A stretch of 64,000 nucleotides of DNA. It comes from Lama glama. Taxonomy: Eukaryota. The notes below the pieces were generated by a model. It was not told where the DNA came from and made no database searches. It worked only from the letters and a program-made list of their open reading frames with translations. Of the stretch, positions 12,851 to 25,100 are shown one piece after another. The translations under genes were made by a program, and so were the position numbers. Where the stretch lies: the NCBI GenBank assembly GCA_028534125.1, contig CM052818.1:6016001-6080000 (forward strand), written 5' to 3'. The stretch's first letter is position 1. Each line of letters begins with the position of its first letter.

Positions 12851-15800
12851 TTAACCAGTATAGTGGGAAAGATGATCTTGTTTCTTAAAAAAATATTTTT
12901 GCATTAGAATATGTTGATAGTAACAGATCTTCCCCCCAGGTTACACCTGGAGACATGTTTTTCTGGAACACATTAGTTGTCTGTTTGTCCTATTTGTCAG
13001 CGGCACGAGAATCCAGCGCTGTTCAGACCGTATGCACTGCTGAGCTGAGAGTGGCAGGGAGACCTGGGAAAATGGTGCCCATGATGTCATTCCTGGTTTC
13101 CGTGCCTTCACCTGATGACTTCAGGCATTTCTAACTTCGTTCGCCCATCAGGTGATTGCTCTTGCCAAAAAGAATCACGCGTCCCGTAATATTAGCCCCA
13201 CACTGGCTCTAGTATTTGTTATGCAAAAATTCCACCCATCAAGACAGAATGCTCCTCTCCAGTCTACACTGCATGAAGTTGGTTACTTTCACAGATCCCA
13301 GCACAGTGAAGGGGACTGTCTCACGTCACATCACATGGACTCTTCCCAGCTTCCACTGAAGGCACAGGAGTCCAAAATCTCCTCCCTCCTTTCTGTCCCG
13401 AGGGGAGTGGTCTCCACAAGCTCCACAAGCCTCACAGGCTTGTTTCACTCTCCAGGGAGGCTTCAATTCCCTTCCTCCTTTCCCCATCAATAAACTCTAC
13501 TACACGTCCTTTCACATCACTGGGCGACAAACATTACTCCGATATGAGCCACTCTGCCGGCTCCTTTAGACCTAGATAATATTAGGTAACACCCACAACT
13601 GCACACTCTCTGGAAGAGTCAAGTCCTCCCACAGATTTCTGTGAACTCCTAAGAGCAGGGAAAGCAGACTTGTATCCTCAGGGTCACTTTAGTCTGTGCG
13701 TTCTTGCTTCTGCACACACCTCATCAATGAAATTGTGGAACTCTTTGTTTTCTTTGTATACAGACAGACAAATATGCTCACAGCAGGCATTTGTGTGTCT
13801 AATGGATGTAAATGAAGGTCTGAAGAAAAAGAGTTTGCATTGCATCAGTGAGCACAATTTTAAATGAAATATTAGACACCCTTGTTCTTAAAATCTGCTT
13901 TGTCCCATTCTCCTGGAGAAATCCCACTAGCTCTTTATCTCACAAAGAATTCAGGTTGCTGCCACCTCATCTTCCCTCCACCACACTTCTCCGCCCATCT
14001 ATTCTTTCCTCTAAAGAATAAAACACAAGTTTCTTTCAGTCTCTCATGCAGCACGCTTCAAGAACCTTTTTTTTAAAAACTTGGGCTCCCTTTGAAACTG
14101 TCATCTCAGAGTCTCATCTTCTACCCCCAAGAGCTTAATAAATTATTTTTCTCAAACAATGAGAGTTTCCTCTCTAAGAAGAAAAATTATACCAGCAGCT
14201 AAAACAATAAAAAAAAATTCACTTTCTTGCATGTAGGTTGTCTGGTAGGATTATCACTTAGAATTTTCATTTTCAGCCATTAATATTTTAGCTTAAATCA
14301 GTTAATGAGATGAATTGAAAGGAGTAAGAAACAAGAAAACAAAATTAAGAAAATGTGCATTTTCTTGGGGGGAAGAGGGCCAGGGAGAAAGCACAGGAGA
14401 AAGTTTTTGGAGGAGCGACGGTATGGATCAGACAAAAGTCAGCAAGAATATACTGCAGGGGGCTGGAGGGGGAAAGAAAAGCAAAACTATATAGAAGAAG
14501 ATGGGAGAGCACAGAAAAGGATATTTATCTATTTTGCCCGAAGCAGAACATCATCTAGATGTTGCATAAGTATAGTTAAATCCTTTGGTAGAACACACGT
14601 TCATGAGACAAGGGAGATCCTCCTTTGATGTGGAAATTACTACTGAGAAAACCCATGACTCCCCCTGTACAAATCTGCTGATGTCATAGCTGCTCGGAGA
14701 GTCGGCTTTGGCTCTGCCCTGCATAGGCGTGGGGACCCAGACAATGAAGCTTGGTGTGTAACTGATTACTGAGGCTATAAATTGCACCACTCCAATGACG
14801 CACAATTGGGGTGCAGGGGGCTGGGGGACAGGAAGGAGGTCATTTTTTTTGTTGTTATTTTCTGGAGCCTGCTTTGGAATTTTCCCACGTTTCTCTCCAT
14901 GTAACAATAGACATTAGCATTTTCATATGTCTTGAAAGTTAAAGCAAGATATGGGAAATTCAATTGTTGAAGAGCAGAGTTCTCCAACTGCACTCTTCAG
15001 AGATTTCCCATACTTCTGGAAAATGTGTACCAATGAAGGCTTTGGTTATTGGTGCTGCTTCATTTCTAGGGATGGCCTGATTTCCAGTCTACTTTTCCCC
15101 CTTCAGTGTATCTGCTTGGCTGGGGAGGTTCCCACTGATTTCAAGGGGTACAGAGAGTAGAGTCACCATGCAGAAGGCTGGACTCAGATTGCTGAAGACA
15201 TTTTTACCATCTTTTCTAGGTCTGTGTCATCACTGCAGAAAGTGAGTTGTTTCTGGGAAACTGATATATTAAGAATTGTTCAAAAAAGCTAGAAGCTGGA
15301 TCTGGAACTTTGACTGGAAGTGTTGTTTCAGAGCTAAACATGGTAGCCAGTCAGCTCTCATCTATTTTCTGAGACAGTACTGCCTTCAGTTACCATGTGT
15401 CCTATTGGAGCTTTGCAATTCCCTCCCCAACACCAAACCATATACACTAGTTAGCGTCTTGACTCAGGGCAAAAATCAAATTCACATTTACCATAACCTT
15501 GTTGTAAAAACTCCTATCTTCTCTATTATTATAAAGCAAGGTTTGGGAAAACCCTTAAGTTCCCAAGCATTAAATGCCTTTTTTTGGACTCTGAAGATTT
15601 CTGCAGACAGCGATGCCTTACATGTGGCCCAAGAGACCATGCTCCATTCAGGTCTCGCTCTCATGGATCTCACACACCCAGGGACAGTAGGTAGGAAGTA
15701 GGAAGACGTGTGTAGGGGCAGCCAGACCCCTGCACATGAGGCCATGGCAGTGATTGAAAACTGAAAGTTCACTTATCATCATGAAGCTTTTCTCAGACAT

Positions 15801-17425
15801 TCAGCAGAGAATCTGGCGGTGAGAGTAGGGAATGAACTGAAGAGACAGGGAACATGATGCTCAGCCAAGATTCCCAGCTGGGGTCCTGCAGAGCTCACGG
15901 GCCTGATGCATTCAAACTGACCATTGACTAAGACGTCAGAAGGGCTTCAACTTTATGGAGCAATTGGCATGATGCTAGGTGGAGATCAATGCCCGCAATC
16001 TAAATTTTGTATTTTGTGTGTTGTCAGTTGAAGTTAGATGTCTGTTTCTCTTTCTTGGACTGATTTTCTTTCATGCAATCAGCATGATGAAAAAGAAAAT
16101 AATGCTTATAAATGAAGTCAGCATATAGTACTGGCTGAGCTGGAGGAAGCTGGCAGCTGCAGAAATTCTGTTTTCAGTTTACACTACGTGGCATTAATTG
16201 CATATATAGACTGTATAACTACACAGTCTTGGGTCAGGATTCTGCTCTTATTTCAGGGGTGCTGGGGTCTAAGTGTGTGGCTATCAGGTGGGGAGGCCAG
16301 GCCCTCTGGGTCATCTCTCAGCAAGGACTGTATCTTTTAGCCCTAGGACCTCATTGTAGGCCAGAGGTTTTCAATTGCCTTCCCAGGGCCAAGAAGTGAA
16401 CCAAGCCTGGAGCAGCCCAGAGGCACCTGGTCCCGCAGGTGAGACAAAAGCCATTTCCTCTCTAACCCTAAAGAGTGAGGTGTGTGGATTGTGTCTAAGC
16501 CAGAAACCTTCCCCTGTAGGCCTTAGGACTAGCGTTGAAAATGAGGTCACTACCAAGTTCAGATTTTCCGATTTTCCTGTTAAATTTAGTAGCATGGTGG
16601 ACCAGGGCAACATCTAACAAGAATGGCCAGTTTATGGTCACACTCGTGAATGAGGTGACACAGACGCTAATAACTCCTGGCCAGGTAATGGGAATTTCTT
16701 AGCACATCCCTACTAACCCAGATGTCTTGACCACAAAGAGAGAGAACTACAATTTGTCTCCTCACTACCATGAACCAGCTATGGGGCCTCGGACAAGGTA
16801 AACTGTTAACTCTCTGACCCTCCTATGGGCTCTTTGTAAAGTGGAGACAGCTTTGCTGCTGAAAAGTAACAGCCTAACTTGGTAGAATTCTAAGTTCTTC
16901 TCAGCTCAAAAACCTGGCGTCCAGGTATATTTTTGGTATGTTTCTGAGGTATGTTTCTTGATTTTACTTCAGTATCCTCAGTACTTGGTACATGGCTGGA
17001 ACTCATTCATGTTGGACTGAAAAAATTTATTTAAATAAGTACAATTATAATGTTCAAGAAAACCATATTCTTGCAAATAACCCACAGGACAGCTACCCAA
17101 TTAACATTTCTTTTTTTATTTTTTTTAGCGAAGAATGAGATTCAGCCAGACAGTTCTGCATACCGAGGGGCCCATCCAAGGGCAGGGTTTTCAGAGGCAA
17201 TGAGGAAAAAGAGAACAGATGGGGCCATTCCTACCTTTCAGAGAGCTTGGGAGCCTGAGAACACAGGTGAGTATGCAATCCCTCCCAGAAAAGCCAGGCG
17301 GTCTTGTTTGTTCAGGTGAGGGAAGACTTAAGGCTATCTGAAATGATCATTTTGTAGGTATGAACTTGGCTCCTCTCTCTTCAAACTTCTTAAATCAATA
17401 GTCCTATAACATCAGAGGAGAGATG

Positions 17426-17700
17426 CATTCATTCATTCATTCCCAGACCATAGTGGGGATTCTGTGTGATTTGGGTACAAGGCAGGCAAGGATGGATGGA
17501 GGCTCCTCCCTGGTGTTCAGAGGCAGTGGAGGTCCTTGGAGCTATGATCTGATCTGTGGAAGGAAGAGGGGCTCTGGTCCCAGGCAGCACCCAAGAGGCT
17601 TGACCATCACCCGAGGAGCCATGCAGGGTCCAGAGAAGTCTCAGGCAGTAGGACATTATCTGAAATGAGCTCCAGCAGATGGAGGCAAGACATCAAGGTG
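17426..17700 (-). mobile_element. L2 3' fragment
   Basis: cattcattcattcatt tail followed by degraded L2-like sequence. Confidence 0.5.
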
Positions 17701-18659
17701 TATTTCAACCTATTAGTGACAGCTCAGTTATTCTGAGGATTCCTTGGGGACCCATTTTATCAGCTTCCTGCCACGACTACATTTGGGGTTATGTGCTTCC
17801 TATGCTAATAATCAGACATGCCAAGTCAAGATTGCTTTACAGAAGGGTTGCTGTGTACAGATTACTCTGACACCAAGGTGCCAAGCTGAGGAGGTGAGTG
17901 GGACTGAAGTCCAGCCTCGTCTCCACTCACTCAGCTGTGGGCCCCTCTACTGGGTATGCTGTTCCCCAGCAGGATGCTTTGGCTAAGCCACAGTATCTAA
18001 TCCTTGAAGCTGCATCTGACTAATTTGTTAAGCCAGGGGGTTATAGGCCAGTTAATCTCTATTTCCTTCTCCCCAAAGCCATTCATTGTTTTTCTCTGTC
18101 CTGCTCTGTTTCCCAGACGGTGGCCTCTACACAATGCACCTGAGACCTTCTTACTTTGTGGCTTCCAGTAGGGTTTGGCCAACTGGAAACACCAGTAGGA
18201 GGTGAGGAAGGTGAGAGGAAAGGTGAGGCCAGGTTGCTCATTTTCTCCATCACCACCCTCCCCGGCAACGTGCTCCCTCCCTGCCAGCCGTGGTTTTGAC
18301 CTTGGCTGTGGTCCTGCTGGGCAGCCCCTCCCCCACAGCCCTAGGTCTCCCTGGACTCTGGTAATGCTGTTCCCTCCCCTGCTCTCTCAGGCCTGGGGGT
18401 AATAATGGCTTCCACTGCTCCTGGTCCTGGGGTGCCTTGTCAACTCTTACAGATTCCACTTCCCTGGCCACACGACTGTAAATGGTCCTTTTATTCAACT
18501 CTGTTTGATTAAACCCTTTTGCCTCTGTCATCTCTTTCTGGGCTGGGACACTGACCGATACAGAGGACCTTTTTCTAATCTGCACAGATGGACCACATAG
18601 GCTAGCAGAGACCATGGGTGCAAATAGCACTTTGCAATTCAAAACAAGTATTTGCTATG

Positions 18660-18793
18660 TCACCTCTGTAAAAGGTAGTAATTATAATAATACTTATTTG
18701 AAAGGGTTATTGGGAAGATTTAAAAAGACCCATAGAACGGTTTGCATAGTGCCTGGAACGAAATAAGTGTTCAATAAATGGTAGTTATTATTC
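18660..18793 (+). mobile_element. MIR 3' half
   Basis: ctgtaaaagg...agggttattgggaagatttaaa...catagtgcctggaacgaaataagtgttcaataaatggtagttattatt. Confidence 0.8.
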
Positions 18794-19049
18794 TTAGCTT
18801 GTGACCCCTGGAAACCCCAGCAGCCCTCAGTGTTCACTCAGCTCTCCCTTCATGCATGAAGCATCTGCTGAGCACTGGAGTTCCCACAATGACTGTCTCT
18901 CTCTGAATTTCCATCCCATTGATTGTTTATATAATTAATTGGCTTCATATCTTTTCACCTACTATTTTTTATTATCTACTATGTGAAAAGTGCATAATTC
19001 AAGATATGTTTCCTTCTCTCAATGAGAGCATGGGCATAGAGAAAAAAAT

Positions 19050-19620
19050 TCATTGAATATACATGGTGTCAAACACTGCTAGGCACTTTCCACGTCCTTT
19101 AAATTTCTTAACAACTCTATGAAGTAAATATTGTTATTCCAATAAAATGTCCCTTGGCCAACAAGTGGTAGGGAAGGGTTCAAACGTGTGTCTTTTTACT
19201 GCAAAGCATCACTAAGTCTTCAGTCTATTAGGAGAGGTGACACATAACCAAATAACTATGATTAGAGGTAGTTCCATGCACCCTATCATTAGGAAAATTG
19301 TGTGTTAGAGATGGACAGTGAAGATGGGTGTTAACTCCCTGCCAAGGGTTGATCCAGACCATTCAAAGGTGCCTCCCCTGGGCTATGGGAAGAAGCAGCA
19401 CCAATCCTTGTTTGGGGGAAACCAGGTTCTGATAACTGAAGCAGACCTGTGGAAAGATACCTTTTAACATAATCTGGAAAACAGTGAAACTATGAGCATT
19501 AGGTCTGGAGGAAGCTTCCTGGAAGAAAGAGGATTTGAGCTCTGTCTGATTGAAGTTAGCTGGTTGAAGAAATAATGGCAGCACTTTCAGGTAAAGGGAA
19601 CAGCATGACCAAAAGCTCTA
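19050..19620 (-). mobile_element. MIR followed by L2 fragments
   Basis: ttcttaacaactctatgaagtaaatattgttattcc (MIR); ggaggaagcttcctggaagaaagaggatttgagct and ttcaggtaaagggaacagcatgaccaaaag (L2). Confidence 0.65.
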
Positions 19621-21769
19621 CCTATACAGTTACATTGGCTCAGTCACTTGTGCACATGTATCTGACGTGTTACTGTCAGTGACCTGAGGATGAGAGCTAC
19701 GCCTCCTTTCCAGCCTTGCCCCTGCCCCCCACTCAACTCAAGGCTGAGGACGTAGGAGGAGTTCAACAAAATATTTTGTTTGACTGGATGAATGTCTTTC
19801 TCTCTTCTGGGAGACCTGGAAGGAGTAAGTGGTGCCACGGTCTCCCTGATTTCAAGGCCAATGCCGGGTTGCTTCCAGACAGCAAAGTCGAAGCATACAG
19901 CTAAAGACAGGTGATATTTTTTAAGTGGCAGTGCTCACTGGTGGTGTGACTGGAAATGGAGTCAGGTTGGCTGGTGCTGTATTGATGTTAGCATGCTATT
20001 TCTCAAGATCCAGCAGCCCTGGTGTCTAAAGTAACCCCCACAGTTCACTTCAACACATTTGGGAGACAATTTCAACAGAACATATGACACAGGACATGAA
20101 AGCACTCTCCTAATTTCAACAGGAGCAAACCAGAAACACGTGGCAAAACATCATGTTCAGATGACTTATTTATAAATCTCCCTCCCAAGAATATATCCAG
20201 TCGTCATAGCCTTTGTTCACTCGGAGTATTAAATAAACCTGTCGTCGGAAATTATCTTTAAACTGTACTCGAGACTTCCTTTGACTTTGGGGACAATTTC
20301 ATTTTATAATTGTGCACTGCTCTTGTTTCTGATGCTTTAACAGATGAAGACCATCCATAGGAGATAATTCAGCAAGTTAGTTGTCCCATCGCCAAGCAAA
20401 ACCAAAGTCTGTATCAGCTGTGAGAAGATAATTCAGTTTGCCTGAAAATATCATTTTCAGAATGGCTTGTATCGTATGTCAGAATTATTTTAAAATCTGA
20501 ACTAGGACACTGTGGGGACCCTCCTAAGGGATGTGCAGCTGATCTGCAGCTCTGTGAACTGAAGCTGTTTTCCAATATTGTTTATTTTTTAACTCAAGGA
20601 CTAACTGCCTCATTCAAGTGGCAATAGGTGGTTAATCCTCTATAAAAGTCCTTGGATGTATTCCTTGTAAATGCTAATTATTAGAAGAAAATGTTACAGG
20701 GTTTCTTAGGAAATCAATACTTTATTATGCAATAATTGCATCTGCAAGTTTAATGTTCTCCATAAGTCCCAGCAAAATGAAAGAGGTCACTGGGTGAGGT
20801 GGCACAAATGGTCCTTGCCTGACCTGGAAAATCTTCGAGAATTTGAGGCCTAGTAAAGTGCCGAGATGTCATTAAAATATTTTCACAAGTACAACATTTA
20901 TTATGGAAACCAAATTGCAAGAACATCTGTCTGGATGACACTTTGGCCCAAAGTTGGATCTAAACCTGGTAACAGTTATAATTGAAACTGTGGCTTCATT
21001 TTTCTCCCTAGATCTTTGATTTTTCTCTTGTGCCTCACAGAGCAATTTATTTCTCAAAGCTGCAGCAGTTAACTTTTGTTTTCCTAAACCTTCCTGGGCA
21101 AAAATCCCAGCTCTTCCAGTTTTCTACCAAGAAGTTATGGAAGGTGGGAAGGAAGGGAAGCAGCCCTCAAGGAGAGAGAAGGGAGCTCAAAATCAGTCTT
21201 CCAAGAATTTCTGGGTCACTGTCTAATTGATACGCCTATTGGCAAGCCTCGGATTTAAGCCTCTTCTGACTTCACAGGCAGCTCTTATTCAGTGTGAAGC
21301 CATGTGTGAAGACTCAAGGCATTGAACATGGAACCCTCCCCCCAAAAATCAGCCAGCTCCACTTAAAGCACTCAGGCTAGGGAACTGTACCATAGCGAAA
21401 AACCCCAAACAGTTGTTTTTCCATTATGATCTTCGGCCTAGCATTTATTATCATTTTTATTGCACACTTTTAAAGGCAATGGTCCATTTTACTTAGATCA
21501 TTAATTTGCAAAAATCATGAGATATGAGCAGATATGGTGTTTTTTATGGGCCATGCTACACCCTTATTGGACCCCAAAGGAAATGAGGTGCGGGTCTCAG
21601 CACACTAAAGGCAGGAACCCTGGGACCACACGCTTCATATTCTTCCAGAAACAGAGAAGACTAAAGCACTTTCACAGGAATGATACAGCTAGAGGAATGG
21701 AGAGAAGCATGAATAATCCACAGCCTGAAAAAGTGAATGGAAAAATAAGCAACAGAGGGAAACTCTGAC

Positions 21770-21935
21770 CAGCAGTGGGGTGTAGCTGAAAGACCCCTGG
21801 ACGTGGAGTCTGGAGATCTTGGGTCGACTGTGCCCTGTCACTTACCAGCTGTGTAACTGCTGTCAACGAACTGCTCATAATGCACCTCCCTTTTGCATCT
21901 GTAAAATGGTAATAATAATTCCTATTTCATAAGCT
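21770..21935 (+). mobile_element. MIR SINE
   Basis: ctggacgtggagtctggagatcttgggtcga, cacttaccagctgtgtaac, catctgtaaaatggtaataataattcctatttcataag. Confidence 0.8.
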
Positions 21936-21959
21936 TGGCAGGCAACAGAACCCCCTAGG

Positions 21960-22200
21960 AAGCCAGGTCACAGGCTGCAGAACCAGACTGCCATGGTTTA
22001 AATCTGAACTTCTCTCCCTTGCTTGTTCTGTGACCTGAGGCATCTTATCCTCTCTACATTTTGTTTCCTTATCTGTAGAATGGGGATAATGTACTAAACT
22101 CCTAGAGGTGAGGGTGAGCATTAGATAAATTAATACACGTAAAGTGCCTAGAAGAGTATCTGGTGCATAATAAGCAAGATATGTTACAATAATATTACTA
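21960..22200 (+). mobile_element. MIR SINE, near full length
   Basis: ccagactgccatggtttaaatctg, ctgtgacctgaggc, gtttccttatctgtagaatggggataat, cacgtaaagtgcctagaagagtatctgg. Confidence 0.85.
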
Positions 22201-22284
22201 TCTTTGTATATACAATAGTGTTACATTGAGATACACTTTACATTATGTTAGTTATCATCATTATTATTGTTGTTACTATAGTTA

Positions 22285-22375
22285 GGATTATATAAATTGT
22301 GATTCTCAGTTGCAGTCATGAGAGTCAAGTCTAGCTGATTTAAGTAGAAAAGGATACTAGAGGATATTAAGAAGA
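22285..22375 (-). mobile_element. Old MaLR (MLT1-type) LTR end fragment, cut by the L1 insertion
   Basis: gattctcagttgcagtcatgagagtcaagtctagctgatttaagtagaaaagga resembles a reverse MLT1K/L terminus. Confidence 0.45.
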
Positions 22376-22377
22376 CC

Positions 22378-22576
22378 CTAGACAGCAGCATGTAAATCAG
22401 TGAAGCTAGAACACTCCCTTACACCATACACAAAAATCAACTCAAAATGGATCAAAGACTTAAACATAAGACAAGATACAATAAACCTCCTAGAGGAAAA
22501 CATAAGCAAAACATTACCTGACATACATCTCAAAAATCTTCTCCTAGAAGAAATAAAAGCAAGAATAAACAAATGG
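22378..22576 (+). mobile_element. Young 5'-truncated LINE-1, ORF2 fragment C-terminal to the RT domain; runs into the gap
   Basis: Open frame [58 protein letters not shown] matches the mammalian L1 ORF2 motif LTPYTKINS(R/K)WIKDLN. Confidence 0.95.
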
Positions 22577-23076
22577 NNNNNNNNNNNNNNNNNNNNNNNN
22601 NNNNNNNNNNNNNNNNNNNNNNNNNNNNNNNNNNNNNNNNNNNNNNNNNNNNNNNNNNNNNNNNNNNNNNNNNNNNNNNNNNNNNNNNNNNNNNNNNNNN
22701 NNNNNNNNNNNNNNNNNNNNNNNNNNNNNNNNNNNNNNNNNNNNNNNNNNNNNNNNNNNNNNNNNNNNNNNNNNNNNNNNNNNNNNNNNNNNNNNNNNNN
22801 NNNNNNNNNNNNNNNNNNNNNNNNNNNNNNNNNNNNNNNNNNNNNNNNNNNNNNNNNNNNNNNNNNNNNNNNNNNNNNNNNNNNNNNNNNNNNNNNNNNN
22901 NNNNNNNNNNNNNNNNNNNNNNNNNNNNNNNNNNNNNNNNNNNNNNNNNNNNNNNNNNNNNNNNNNNNNNNNNNNNNNNNNNNNNNNNNNNNNNNNNNNN
23001 NNNNNNNNNNNNNNNNNNNNNNNNNNNNNNNNNNNNNNNNNNNNNNNNNNNNNNNNNNNNNNNNNNNNNNNNNNNN
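22577..23076. other. Assembly gap (exactly 500 N)
   Basis: Run of N; the round size suggests a scaffolding placeholder. Confidence 0.99.
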
Positions 23077-23834
23077 TGTTTCTCGAGGTTCTGCAAGTGA
23101 TTTGTGTCATTTAGAAGCACATTCAACTGCCACTTAGCCCCACAGGGGCAGAGACGGATCCAGTTTCATAGAGAGGGTGGCTCTTGTTGTACGTGAGTTC
23201 CCTCCCGGAGCACGCATGAGGCTCTTTGCCTGAGATTTCCGACCAAGCCTGTGGCAGTCACGGTGTGCAGCAGGGCTGGGCTGAGCCGCCCAGGGGGATG
23301 CATGTGAAACCCAGGATGACCCCCACGATCTCCACCCCCACCTAGGTATGCAGAAGAGCCACCTAAGGGACCAGACCATGCCCTTGGTATCTGAGGACAT
23401 CTGACCTGAAACTGGAGTCAGCAATGTAGGTTCTAGTCTGTAGGCAACTTGTCCTAGTCTCTCTCTGCACTGAAGTGAAAGGCCTGGCTCTGTGGGCACC
23501 CTGCCCAATTCAGATGAAGGTAGAATGACTCTGCAGCTTTTACTTCGATGTTGCTTTGCAGGGGGCAGTTAGGAAGGGGTGACAGGTCTGGGATATATGA
23601 ACAGAAATCAATATTCACATGAATCGCCGGTAAGAATAAGAATAGAAAACGGCAGCCTTGGGATATGAATTCGTTTGTCTTGTACCCCCAGACACAGCCC
23701 TCCAGACAGCGTACATGTAGCAGACATGTTCTCTCTTGGAGTATGCCCTAATTTAAATTTCTGAATTGTCTGTTGATGAAATACCAAAGGGCAGAGTTTT
23801 AAAAACATCCCTTGGAGTGAATCTCAGAACTAAC

Positions 23835-24010
23835 AGTACCACTTTTGTACACCTGGCAGGCACAGTGTGCCAGGAACTATAGGATGTGCTTCAGAATATT
23901 ATCTTAAATATTTATCCCCTTGACATAAGCATTAGTCCCAGTTTATAGATGGGAAAATAGAAACTTCCACAAAGAAACTTTGCACAGCGAACAAGCTACA
24001 GAACTCCTGC
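23835..24010 (-). mobile_element. MIR SINE (degraded)
   Basis: gtgccaggaactatagg...attatcttaaat...cattagtcccagtttatagatgggaaaatagaa. Confidence 0.6.
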
Positions 24011-24739
24011 TCTTTAAAATGCCCCCGCTTGCCTCATTCCAACAGCCCAGACAGAAAAATTAACTGGTCTTTTAGAAGGCACCATGTTCTGGGTCCTGGT
24101 GATCACGGGTCCCAGTCCTCTGTGTAGGGCACCCACCATTTACCTCCAGTAAAACTGTTTTCTCACTTGACCGTGATTCCCACTCTCCATAAAACATCCA
24201 GTCATTTTCATCCGCACAGGCGCACTGGAGTGACAAGCTGGAGCCTCACTAGGAACCAACAGAGGATGTGCAGAAGCAAGCTGCCACTAATTTTAACACA
24301 GGCTTAATGCAGGCGGCATAAGCACTCAGAACAGACTCTCTCGCTTTTCCGGGAAATACCCTTCCACAGTACTTGTTTTTAAATGTTACTTCCGATCAAT
24401 TACATGCTATTTTCTCTCCCTTCCTCTGTTCCTCCCTCCCTTTCTCTCCCTCCATTCTTTCCCCATCTTCATCAAAGGCACTACAGATAACCTTCCAGCT
24501 CTCTCTCCCTGTATCTTAATATTTCAGAGTGTCTGCTGTTAAAAACAATAAGGAAAGGTGAACAAGTAGATGGTTAATATGGTCTAAAACTCTCCCTGGG
24601 CTGGGAAGACGCATTGCCACCTGTGTTCCAGCTTTTGGCACGTGCTTGGAAGCAAATTGCCAGACCAGGAGGTCATAATCAGGAAAACAGAAACACATTA
24701 CATTTTAATAATCACCTACCTTTTCAATAGCTTTGAGCT

Positions 24740-25100
24740 TTCAAATGTCACCTCCAGTTACAGGGAGCTAAAATCAACCTGCAAGCCCTCTCGCTTCCCA
24801 CTCGGCGGAAAGAGCTGCAGACGACGGGTGACAATTGTCAAAGGGAAAGGACCAATAAATATGAGTTGCCCGCTAGAAGCAATTCAGCAAAATCAAGCTC
24901 ATCAACTTCCCAGCATGGATTTTACTTTACTCTAAATCAGATACTCATTAATGGGGAACGTTCTTTGAGTCATCATTTTATTTACACTAGAGAAACGCAA
25001 GACACATTTGTCTGGCGGGAGGAATGAAGTGGCTCTCTCACTGCTCAGTTGTAGGTGTTTCCTTCTGCAGCCTCCTGAATTTTCATGCTAATGGAAAACA
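24740..25100. promoter_or_regulatory. Candidate enhancer / conserved non-coding element
   Basis: Repeat-free, retains CpG; TGACAATTGTCA palindrome (24829-24840), CCAAT (24852), TGAGTCA (24966), TATTTAC (24979). Conservation not tested. Confidence 0.35.

Noticed and set aside
17228..17272. 25-nt micro-exon (tttcAG ... CAG|GTGAGT); similar weak candidates at 1258-1325, 7888-7967 and 15220-15241
   Set aside because: Splice-like pairs of this quality occur frequently by chance; no consistent reading frame or recognisable peptide links them.
22400..23137. The long 175-245 aa ORFs
   Set aside because: They are artefacts of translating through the N gap; only the first ~59 aa of the plus-strand ORF is real, and that is L1 ORF2.
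24410..24470. Polypyrimidine tract as a splice acceptor or H-DNA element (also 37170-37222)
   Set aside because: Low-complexity CT-rich sequence with no clear mirror symmetry and no convincing downstream exon.
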